Positions 19,131 through 29,737 of a stretch of DNA of 37,117 bases are shown one piece after another. Both the position numbers and the translations under genes were made by a program. The notes beneath the pieces were generated by a model. The model was given only the letters and a program-made list of their open reading frames with translations. It was not told the origin of the DNA and made no database searches. Location of the stretch: contig CAXSEJ010000001.1 in NCBI GenBank assembly GCA_964236395.1, positions 1-37,117 of the forward strand. Reading direction: 5' to 3'. This stretch comes from an uncultured Rhizobacter sp. Its GTDB lineage: Bacteria; Pseudomonadota; Gammaproteobacteria; Burkholderiales; Burkholderiaceae_C. Every line of letters begins with the position of its first letter. Position 1 is the first letter of the stretch.

Positions 19131-21481
19131 CCTCAATCCCGAGCACGATCTATGTCGACGCCCGCGCGTTGCAGGATTCGAACTATCGCTACCGTGGCGT
19201 GGGCCAGCATTCTTCGGCGTTGCTGCAGGCGCTCAGAGACCACGCCTGGACCGGTGCGCGGCCCGAGCTGGTGGCCGTTCTCGACGTCAAGATGGAGCCG
19301 TTGCACTTGGTCCAGCGGCTTTTGTTCGATCGGGTGATGAACACGCCGCGTCCACGCGCCGGGGAAAGCGCCGATCGCTGGTTCCTCAGCCTTTCACCGA
19401 TGACGCACGACCCGGTCTGGGCGGCCGAGTTCCTGTTCGACAAGTCGCTGTTCAAAGCCGCCTTGTTCTATGACCTGATTCCGTTGGAGATCCCCGAGAG
19501 GTACCTCGCAGCCCCGTCACTTCGCAGCGAATACATGGTTGCGTTGGCATGGCTGCGTCGGTACGACCGCTTCGCAGCCATCTCGAGATTCAGCGCAGAT
19601 GGGCTGATCCGGCGCATGTCGATCGCCAGCGACAAGGTATTCGTGTCGGGAGTGGCGGTGCGAAGTGGCCTCGAGCCCCAGGCCGCTGCACCGAGCCGGA
19701 CTTTCGAGGAACGAGACTGCATCGTCGTCTCCGGTGGCGGAGACCCCCGCAAGAATCCTGAATGCGCACTCGTCGCCCACGCCGGATCGAAGGCTCTGAG
19801 CGACGCGGGCATCCGGCTTCATGTATTCGGCGGCTACCCGGCCGCGATGCGTGAGCAGTTCCGGGCGCTGTACGCCAGCAACGGCGGATCTTCCCGAAAT
19901 CTCGTTTTCCACGAGCACCTTACCGACGACGAACTGCACCGCCTTTACGGTCGGGGCAGGGCGACCGTCGTCGCTTCGCGTGCTGAAGGCTTTTCGATCC
20001 CCATCATCGAGAGCAACGCCGCGGGAACCCCTGTCGTCGTCTCGGATGTCGGTGCCCACCCCGAGCTGGTCGAGGATGCGGCATGGCGTTTCCACCCTGA
20101 CGACTCGAAACGCCTTCGCCAGCAGCTGGAGGCACTCGTGCTGGACAAGGCTCGCTGGCAGTCCGCAATCGATTCGCAAGCGGGGATCTGGAAGCGCTTC
20201 ACCGAGGCCGCGGTCGGCGAGCGACTGGTCGGCGGGTTGCTGCAGTCCTCGTCTCGCCGGCGCCAGGTGCCGATGATCTCGCGCAAGGCTCGGCCCGACA
20301 TCGCCGTTCTCAGCCCGCTGCCACCGGCGATGTCCGGCGTTGCCGACTACACCGCAGCTTCGCTCCGGCCTTTGAAGGAGGTCGCGAACCTGCACATGTT
20401 CACATCCACTCCCAGCGCGCGCTGGGAAAACGGCTGGGCCTCTCTTGGTTCCGTCGCTGCCGCCTCACTGTCCTCGCGGCGATTCGACGCGACTGTCTGC
20501 GTGATGGGCAACTCGTTTCACCACCGCGAAGTCCACGACTATCTGATGACCCACGGCGGCGCATGCATCGCCCACGACGCGCGCCAGATCGACTACTACT
20601 TTCACGAAAAGGGCGCCCGGGCGGCCCTCGCACTGGCAGGCCGGGAGATGAAGCGGGAGGTTCACGAGTCGGAGCTCACTGGCTGGCTGCTCAACCAGCG
20701 TGAATTGCCGACGCTCTTTCTTTCCGAGCTCGTTGCCGCGAGTTCGCCGTTGATCGTTCATTCCGCCACCACCGCGCTCGAGATCGAGCGCTTGTATGGC
20801 GCCCGCCCGGTGCTGCTTCCGTTCGCGCAATACAGCGAGCCCCTGCTCGACCGGGTAGCGGCCGAGGACCGTCGCTCCGCTCGCAGGCGACTTGGGCTCG
20901 AGGAAGACCGCATCGTTCTGGTCACGTTCGGGATCGTCAGCGACGACAAGGCACCGCACGAGATACTTTGGGCGCTCAAGCTGCTGCGTACGTGGGGCGT
21001 CGACGCCGAGCTCATCTTCTGCGGCATGGCTCAGCCGGCAATGCTGGCGCTGGTCGACGACATCACGACGCGCCTGGGCCTCAAGAACCATGTACGAACG
21101 TTCAGGGATCCCATCGGCGCAGAGACCTACCGCGACTACCTGGTGGCTGCAGACGTGGGCATCCAGCTCCGCACCTACTTCATGGGTGGCCTCTCCGGCG
21201 CACTGAACGACTGCATTTCGGCAGCGCTGCCTGCCGTGGCCAACGCTCACCTGGCAACGGCGATGCAGGCACCGGCCTTCGTTCGACGCGTGCCGGATGG
21301 TCTTTCCTCGCTTCTCATCGGCGAAGCTGTCCTCGAGATCCTGGCATCCGGCGACAACGTCCACCGACCGCTGGAGGCGGCGCGCACGTTCGGTGTCGAG
21401 CGCACGCCGTCTGCCTATTGCCGCCTCCTGCTGGAGGCGCTTGAGCTCGAAGTCGAGCTACCCGCCGCGGCACTCGTCTGA
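19127..21481 (+). CDS. Two-domain GT4 glycosyltransferase, WbdA-like putative polymerase
   Basis: Domain 1: VDARALQ...RGVGQHS, FYDLIPL, GGGDPRKN, EGFSIPIIE. Domain 2: VLSPLPPAMSGVADY, GNSFHH, IQLR...SGALND. ATGA overlap with the FkbM gene. Confidence 0.85.
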   Translation: MTSIPSTIYVDARALQDSNYRYRGVGQHSSALLQALRDHAWTGARPELVAVLDVKMEPLHLVQRLLFDRVMNTPRPRAGESADRWFLSLSPMTHDPVWAAEFLFDKSLFKAALFYDLIPLEIPERYLAAPSLRSEYMVALAWLRRYDRFAAISRFSADGLIRRMSIASDKVFVSGVAVRSGLEPQAAAPSRTFEERDCIVVSGGGDPRKNPECALVAHAGSKALSDAGIRLHVFGGYPAAMREQFRALYASNGGSSRNLVFHEHLTDDELHRLYGRGRATVVASRAEGFSIPIIESNAAGTPVVVSDVGAHPELVEDAAWRFHPDDSKRLRQQLEALVLDKARWQSAIDSQAGIWKRFTEAAVGERLVGGLLQSSSRRRQVPMISRKARPDIAVLSPLPPAMSGVADYTAASLRPLKEVANLHMFTSTPSARWENGWASLGSVAAASLSSRRFDATVCVMGNSFHHREVHDYLMTHGGACIAHDARQIDYYFHEKGARAALALAGREMKREVHESELTGWLLNQRELPTLFLSELVAASSPLIVHSATTALEIERLYGARPVLLPFAQYSEPLLDRVAAEDRRSARRRLGLEEDRIVLVTFGIVSDDKAPHEILWALKLLRTWGVDAELIFCGMAQPAMLALVDDITTRLGLKNHVRTFRDPIGAETYRDYLVAADVGIQLRTYFMGGLSGALNDCISAALPAVANAHLATAMQAPAFVRRVPDGLSSLLIGEAVLEILASGDNVHRPLEAARTFGVERTPSAYCRLLLEALELEVELPAAALV

Positions 21482-21493
21482 GGGAAGCGGCCG

Positions 21494-22618
21494 ATGCTCG
21501 CCGTCGATATCACCGAGTTTCTTGGCAATCCCATCAGAACCGGCATCCAGCGCGTCGTGCGGGAGCTGCTGAGCCGTTGGCCGCGCGACATCGCCAAGGA
21601 AGTAGTGGCCTTCGACGCCACCTCGAACCGCTTCCGCAGCGTGAATCCGAGCATCGTCGACTACTGCATCGCGCAGTCGACGAGCTCTCACCTGGCGGCC
21701 TCCGAGGTCGCCGAGGTGATCGCCACGAGCATCGCCGCGTCGCCGGCGCTCTACATCACCCTGAAGCGTGGCGACCGGCTTCTCATCCCGGAATTGTTCA
21801 GCGCCTCGGCGCGGGTCCGCTTCTACTTGGAGCTCGAAAGCGCCGGTGTCGAGCTGTTTGCCATCGTGTACGACCTCCTGCTCTGGACCTCTCCGCATGT
21901 CTGGAACATCAGCTACGTCGGCGGCCTGAACGACTATCTGGGCCTGCTCCTGCTCGCCAAGGAACGGGCCTTCATCAGCGCCAGCGTGCGTCAGGCCTTT
22001 TACGAGCGATTTCTGCGAAAGCCCGTGGGACCCGATCTGGTCGTGCCCCTGGGCTCGGATTCCCTGAAACCGCGACAGGAGCAGGCGCCGCAGCGCGAGC
22101 GCCCCTACTTCGTGAGTGTGGGAACACTCGACGGCAAGAAGGGCCAGGACCGCATCTACAGCGCCTATCTCGCCAGTTCGGCCCGCCACGGGATCGACCT
22201 GATCTTCGCTGGCAAGGTGCCGGCGGCGCCGCGCAAGGAAATGCTTCCCCTGTTGTCGTCGATGAACGAGAACGTCGAAGTTGTCGACGACCCCGACGAC
22301 GTGAAGCTGGCGTCGCTGGTGCAGCATGCCTGCGCTTCCGTCTTCGTCAGTCGGCACGAGGGCTTCGGCTTGCCCGCCGTCGAAAGCCTCTATCTTGGAA
22401 CGCCCCTCGTGGTGGCGAGCGATCTGCCGGCGATTTCGCACCTCGGCCCTCATGGCCAGATCCGGCTGGAGTCGTCATCGGAGCAGGAGCTGATCGCGGC
22501 GCTGGACTCGCTCGCACGACCAGAGCTGGCGTCTGCGCTCAAGGCCCAGATCGCGCTGCTGAAATTGGAGACCTGGAGCAACTACTCGCGAAACATCGCG
22601 GTCTGGGCGTCATCATGA
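21494..22618 (+). CDS. GT4 glycosyltransferase
   Basis: VDITE...RTGIQRVVR, IVYDLL, SVGTLDGKKG, EGFGLPAVES. Confidence 0.88.
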   Translation: MLAVDITEFLGNPIRTGIQRVVRELLSRWPRDIAKEVVAFDATSNRFRSVNPSIVDYCIAQSTSSHLAASEVAEVIATSIAASPALYITLKRGDRLLIPELFSASARVRFYLELESAGVELFAIVYDLLLWTSPHVWNISYVGGLNDYLGLLLLAKERAFISASVRQAFYERFLRKPVGPDLVVPLGSDSLKPRQEQAPQRERPYFVSVGTLDGKKGQDRIYSAYLASSARHGIDLIFAGKVPAAPRKEMLPLLSSMNENVEVVDDPDDVKLASLVQHACASVFVSRHEGFGLPAVESLYLGTPLVVASDLPAISHLGPHGQIRLESSSEQELIAALDSLARPELASALKAQIALLKLETWSNYSRNIAVWASS

Positions 22619-22645
22619 AATCGACGGGAACAAGGTAAGGGACAG

Positions 22646-23485
22646 GTGATGTCGATTGCGAACCTCGTGAAGCGTCGGCTGCGAAAGCTGCGGCTCGGCG
22701 AGATCACCGAGTCGGTGATCGCCCGGCAGGTGAGCGATGCCTATCTCGGCATCCTTGCCCGGCGCCCCGATGCCGAAGGCCTGGCGTCGTACGTACGAAA
22801 TGTCCGCTCCGGCCGGCAGACGATGGGAGAGGTCTGCCAGGAGCTTTTCGACTCTGCCGAGCGGAGGACCTTCCTTGCTCGGGCCCGGGAGCGGCAGTCG
22901 GCGATCATCGGCGAGCTGTACCGAGTTCTCTTGCGCCGCAATGTCGACGACGCAGGAAACCGGGCCCGGCTCGAGCGTCTCGAGGACGAAGAACTGAACA
23001 TCGTCGACATCGTGAAAGAGCTGGTCACGTCGGAAGAATTCGCCATCCGCTTCTCGACCCATCCGAACGTCGCGGCCCGCCTGGTCGAGACACTGATGGT
23101 GAGGCTCACGGGCCGACACCCCGGCGCGGCGGCGATCGCACCCTACGTCGATGCGATGTCTGCGGGCTATCCGCTGGGTGACTTCATCGATGAGCTGAGG
23201 CGCTCGCCGGAATTCGTCGGCGGCGGTGAACGTGCGGCCAACGAGAGCCACCGGGTTCCCGTCGAGCTCGCCGTCCTTGCCCAGGACCTGATGGCAGAAC
23301 ATATGCAGCGAGAGGGCAGCATCGTCGCATTGCCACCGATGGAGATGACGGCAGAGAAATTCGTTTCCGCGTCCGAGCTGGCGTCGCTGATTCGAACGCT
23401 GGCGATGCTGGGCGATGTGCAGGATCGCCAGCCGGCGAGCGCTGCCAACGCGACGCCACAGCCTGCCCGTGAGCCGGCCCGCTGA
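22646..23485 (+). CDS. Protein with three tandem DUF4214-like helical modules
   Basis: AYLGILARRPDAEG...LFDSAE; LYRVLLRRNVDDAG...LVTSEEF; LMVRLTGRHPG...LRRSPEF. No signal peptide or catalytic motif seen. Start is GTG 22646 or ATG 22649. Confidence 0.72.
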   Translation: MMSIANLVKRRLRKLRLGEITESVIARQVSDAYLGILARRPDAEGLASYVRNVRSGRQTMGEVCQELFDSAERRTFLARARERQSAIIGELYRVLLRRNVDDAGNRARLERLEDEELNIVDIVKELVTSEEFAIRFSTHPNVAARLVETLMVRLTGRHPGAAAIAPYVDAMSAGYPLGDFIDELRRSPEFVGGGERAANESHRVPVELAVLAQDLMAEHMQREGSIVALPPMEMTAEKFVSASELASLIRTLAMLGDVQDRQPASAANATPQPAREPAR

Positions 23486-23507
23486 TGCTCGCTCGGTCGA
23501 TTCGACG

Positions 23508-24068
23508 ATGACGCCCGGACATCCAAGATCCGCACCCGAGACGGTCGCGGAGCTCCTTGCCCTGCACGACGAGCGCTTCGTCCGTGCCGCATACCTGTGC
23601 GTCCTCGGGCGGCAACCCGATGCCGATGGCATGCGGTTCTACGTCGAGCGACTGAGGGCAGGAACGGCCAGGGACGAGATCGTCCTCGAACTGTCGAATT
23701 CGGCCGAGGCGCGCGTTCGGGGCAGTCCGGACCTGGCGGGCATTGCCGCGCTGCGTGCGCGCCCCGTCAAGAAGCCGCCCGGGCTGTGGTCGAGGCTGGC
23801 CAGGCGCCTGCTGGGGCACGCCCTGGAACCGCTGGCTACGGAACTCCGGGTCGTGGAGAACGCGGTATTTCGCATCCTCGACGATCGAACGCTCGCGGAT
23901 CACACGCATCGCCTGTCGGAGCGGCTGGACGAACTGGACGACCATCTGAAGCGAGCGCCATTCCCGTCTCGAGGTGCCAATGCACAGGCCCCGAGCGAAT
24001 CTGCTCGCCAGCCGGCACGGGAGCGGGCGCTTCTGCACATGAAGCGGTTCCTCGGCGAACGCGAATGA
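23508..24068 (+). CDS. Stand-alone DUF4214-like protein with amphipathic helix and short coiled coil
   Basis: ELLALHDERFVRAAYLCVLGRQPDADG..FYVERL...LSNSAE, GLWSRLARRLLG. ATG 23508; stop overlaps the next ATG (ATGA). Confidence 0.75.
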   Translation: MTPGHPRSAPETVAELLALHDERFVRAAYLCVLGRQPDADGMRFYVERLRAGTARDEIVLELSNSAEARVRGSPDLAGIAALRARPVKKPPGLWSRLARRLLGHALEPLATELRVVENAVFRILDDRTLADHTHRLSERLDELDDHLKRAPFPSRGANAQAPSESARQPARERALLHMKRFLGERE

Positions 24069-26389
24069 ACCCGAAGGAGCCCGAACATGGAGCCTCGGCG
24101 CCCCGCCGACCCAGGATTTTCTGGTTCGGAATGCACAAGGTCCTGGTGCAGACCGAATTTCGGTTGCTGCAGGAGATGGGGTACGAGGTTTTTCGGCCTC
24201 GCTACCTCAGTCATGTCGTCGACCAGTCGGTTTCGAGCAGCGACGATTTCGGCAACGCCCGGCTGCCGCACGATGTCCGCGATGCGCTCCTCCACTACGA
24301 CTTTTTTTACAACTCGATCGAGCCGGCGATCGCCGAATTGCTTGGCGAGCACTTCGATGCCGTCGTCGTCACCATCAACCCTGACTGGCTGAAAGCCGTC
24401 CTCGAAGTCTTCGAAGGAACGGTCGTCTATCGATGCTACGGCCAGGTCGGCTCGGTCTCCGATTCGCTCGCAGGCTGCCATGCCCTCCTTCGAGAACGAG
24501 CCGATTTTCATTTCCTGCCCCATGCGCCCGAGTGCCTGGACGACGAGGCGCCGTGGCTGAGCTCGCTCGCAACGGTCGTCCCCTACTGGCTCTCCGCCGA
24601 CGTGCTTGCCCGCCGCGATTCGTGGCAACGCAATGCCGCCGACCGAAGGCGCACGGTCGCGCTCACTTGCCCCAACATTTCCAACCCGTTCTACAACACG
24701 CACTTTCGCTACCTGAAGCGGTTCTTCGAGGAGCGCTGCTTCCGTTACTACGGCGTACAGATCGAACCCAATGCCGACCCGAACGTCGTCGGCACGCTGG
24801 ACAGGCAAGCCCAGCTCGACGGCTTGAGCACCGAGGCGGCATTCCTCTATACCTACCGGGAGCGGAATGTCTGTTACCTGCCGCCGCTCGAGATGATGAC
24901 GATGGGCGGCCCGGTGCTCTACCTGCCCGGCAGCCTCCTCGCCCGTTATTTCGACGACCGAGCGCCCGGTCTGCTGCGTGACGAAGCAGATGCCGTCGTT
25001 CAATCGAAACGGCTGATCGCCGGCGATGCCGTCCTGGCCGCGGAACTCATCGACTCGCAGGCGGCCGTCGCGTTTCGCTACTCGCCGGCCTATGGCGAGC
25101 CGACCTTTCGCTACGAAATCGAGCGGATCCTGCCGTTCGGCGTCGTGGCTCCTGCCGCAACGTTTTCAACCGACCGCGCCAAGGCGGTACTCCTCGTCGC
25201 CCACATCGGCGGATACCTCGAGCGCGACGGTCAGTTCGCATCCATTCACGGCATCCCCCGTGTCATGCGTCAGTTCGTGCGTGCGTTGAACGAGCACGGC
25301 ATTCGCGTCAGCGTGACCTACGCTGGCAACGACCGAGCGGAGGTCCTCGGCTTTTTTGCATCGGGCTCGGAGCGGCCCGAGCTGATCGACGCGGTCGCCA
25401 TGAACGAGGTCTTGATGCGCCCGGTCGAGGATGTGCGTTCCCGCTATGCGTATGCCGTGGTGGCGCACTACCACTTCTTCCCCGAAGCGAACGACCTGGC
25501 ACTGCCGCTTCTGGCCTACATCCCGGACTACCTGCCTCATTTTTTCGAAGGTCGCGGCTGGTACGCCGAAGTGGCATCTCACATCGACTGCGGGCGCAGG
25601 CTGGCAGCGAAGGCGCGATGCGTGCTGACGAACTCGGACTTTTCGAAGAGTTACCTGCCCGCGAGCAGGCTGCAGGTTCCCGCCGCCCGCATCTCGGTCT
25701 TCCCGCTGCCTTTCCTGGGAAGCGCCATGGGCTCGAACTCGGATTCGCCGTCGACCAGCGTTCCGGCCGTTCTGGCTTCGGAGGCCTACGTCTTTTATCC
25801 TACCCAGCCTCATCCTCACAAGCGCCTCGATCTGCTCGTGATGGCCTGGGTGCTCCTGAACAAGGGAAGAGCCCGGGTGGTGCGGCTCGTGCTGACCGCG
25901 GGACACATTGCGCCGGCAGTCGTCGAACTCGTCGAGGCTTCATCGCTGACGCCCTTCTTGCATCTCGTTCCGGCGATCGAAGACGCTGCGGTCGAGTGGC
26001 TCTACGCGAATGCCCGATGCCTCGCGTTCTCGTCGGAGCTGGAGGGCAATTTTCCAACGCAGGTGCTGGAAGCGCTGCGGCTCGACTGCCCCGTGGTCTG
26101 TTTCGACATCCCGCTGATCGAAACCGAACTGGGCCAACTGACGCGCTTTCTGCAAGTGGCCCCCTTCGGCGATGTCGATTCTTTCGCCGAGAGACTCGCC
26201 TACTGCGTCGACCATCGAGACAACGCGTTGCGGCGCCAGAACCTGGCTCGTCAGCAAGTGCTGCAACGGTTCGCCTACGAGCGCTTTCGAGGCAACGTCA
26301 TGTCACTCCACGGGCTGATGCAGGAGGAGACGCCCATGTGCAGCGCAAGCAGCGCTTTGGAGCCGGACGAGGCGGCACGGGGGACCTAA
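24065..26389 (+). CDS. Two-domain glycosyltransferase: divergent N-terminal GT-B-like domain plus C-terminal GT4
   Basis: N-domain ends in YLPPLEMMTMGGPVLY. C-domain has HGIPRV, YIPDYLP, FYPTQPHPHKR, EGNFPTQVLEAL..DCPVV. Confidence 0.78.
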   Translation: MNPKEPEHGASAPRRPRIFWFGMHKVLVQTEFRLLQEMGYEVFRPRYLSHVVDQSVSSSDDFGNARLPHDVRDALLHYDFFYNSIEPAIAELLGEHFDAVVVTINPDWLKAVLEVFEGTVVYRCYGQVGSVSDSLAGCHALLRERADFHFLPHAPECLDDEAPWLSSLATVVPYWLSADVLARRDSWQRNAADRRRTVALTCPNISNPFYNTHFRYLKRFFEERCFRYYGVQIEPNADPNVVGTLDRQAQLDGLSTEAAFLYTYRERNVCYLPPLEMMTMGGPVLYLPGSLLARYFDDRAPGLLRDEADAVVQSKRLIAGDAVLAAELIDSQAAVAFRYSPAYGEPTFRYEIERILPFGVVAPAATFSTDRAKAVLLVAHIGGYLERDGQFASIHGIPRVMRQFVRALNEHGIRVSVTYAGNDRAEVLGFFASGSERPELIDAVAMNEVLMRPVEDVRSRYAYAVVAHYHFFPEANDLALPLLAYIPDYLPHFFEGRGWYAEVASHIDCGRRLAAKARCVLTNSDFSKSYLPASRLQVPAARISVFPLPFLGSAMGSNSDSPSTSVPAVLASEAYVFYPTQPHPHKRLDLLVMAWVLLNKGRARVVRLVLTAGHIAPAVVELVEASSLTPFLHLVPAIEDAAVEWLYANARCLAFSSELEGNFPTQVLEALRLDCPVVCFDIPLIETELGQLTRFLQVAPFGDVDSFAERLAYCVDHRDNALRRQNLARQQVLQRFAYERFRGNVMSLHGLMQEETPMCSASSALEPDEAARGT

Positions 26390-26473
26390 AATCGCCGCTG
26401 CGCCGAAGACGTGCGGTTGGGTCTGCTCAAGCAACCCCCGTACAGCGAACATTGACCTCAGCAAGGGCTATGG

Positions 26474-28758
<2,285 letters not shown>

Positions 28759-28782
28759 GGACCGGCTCGGCCCGGGAGCGGC

Positions 28783-29697
28783 ATGAAACGGGCTCTCATC
28801 ACCGGTGTCGACGGCTTCACCGGGCGCTATCTTGCACCGCTGCTTGCGGCCTCCGGATACGAGGTCCATGGGTTGACGACGCAGGTCTCGCCGGCTGCCG
28901 TTGCCGGCGTTGCGCGCATGCACGTCGCGGACCTCACCGACGCCGCGGCGCTGTCGCTGGCAGTGAAGGATGCCTCCCCGCACTATGTCGCGCACCTGGG
29001 CGGAATCTCGTTCGTCGTGGGCGACCCGGAGCCCATGTACGCGGTCAACCTGCTGGGCACTCGCAACCTGCTCGAGTCGCTCGCCGCACTCGCGCAGACA
29101 CCCAAAGCGGTCTTGCTGGCAAGCAGCGCGAACGTCTATGGCAACAGCACCGAGGGCGTGCTTCGTGAAAGCACGCCGCCTGCGCCGGCCAACGACTACG
29201 CGGTCAGCAAGCTCGCCATGGAGCACGTCGCAAGCCTGTTCGCAACTCGTCTTCCGCTCATCGTCTGTCGACCGTTCAACTACACCGGCGTTGGCCAGCA
29301 CGAGTCGTTCCTGTTGCCCAAGATCGTCGCCCACGTGAGGCGCCGCGCGGCCAGCATCGAGCTGGGCAACCTCGACGTGGCACGCGACTTTTCAGACGTG
29401 CGGGACGTGGTCGCCGATTACGCCCGATTGCTCGCCGAACCCAAGGCGGCAGGCACCATGCTCAACGTGTGCTCCGGGCACGCCTTCACCCTGCAGCAAG
29501 TCCTCGCCCTGGCCGGCGAAGTGTCCGGCCGGCACATGACCGTGCATACCGTCCCCCAGCTCACGCGAGCGAACGAGGTGAAGGTACTTCTCGGCAGCCG
29601 CGAGAGGCTCGATGCCCTGCTCGGAAAGCGCGACCGCATACCGCTTCGCGAGACGCTCAAGTGGATGATCGACTCGCCCGATCTCACGGTGGCATGA
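28783..29697 (+). CDS. rmd: Extended SDR, GDP-4-keto-6-deoxy-D-mannose reductase (Rmd-like)
   Basis: ITGVDGFTG, HLGGISFV, SSANVYG, YAVSK, RPFNYTGVGQ, LGNLDVARDFSDVRD; directly follows gmd. Confidence 0.75.
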   Translation: MKRALITGVDGFTGRYLAPLLAASGYEVHGLTTQVSPAAVAGVARMHVADLTDAAALSLAVKDASPHYVAHLGGISFVVGDPEPMYAVNLLGTRNLLESLAALAQTPKAVLLASSANVYGNSTEGVLRESTPPAPANDYAVSKLAMEHVASLFATRLPLIVCRPFNYTGVGQHESFLLPKIVAHVRRRAASIELGNLDVARDFSDVRDVVADYARLLAEPKAAGTMLNVCSGHAFTLQQVLALAGEVSGRHMTVHTVPQLTRANEVKVLLGSRERLDALLGKRDRIPLRETLKWMIDSPDLTVA

Positions 29698-29737
29698 GCG
29701 CACCCCGGCACCTCTCGTGGGGCCCGGCCAGGCCAGC

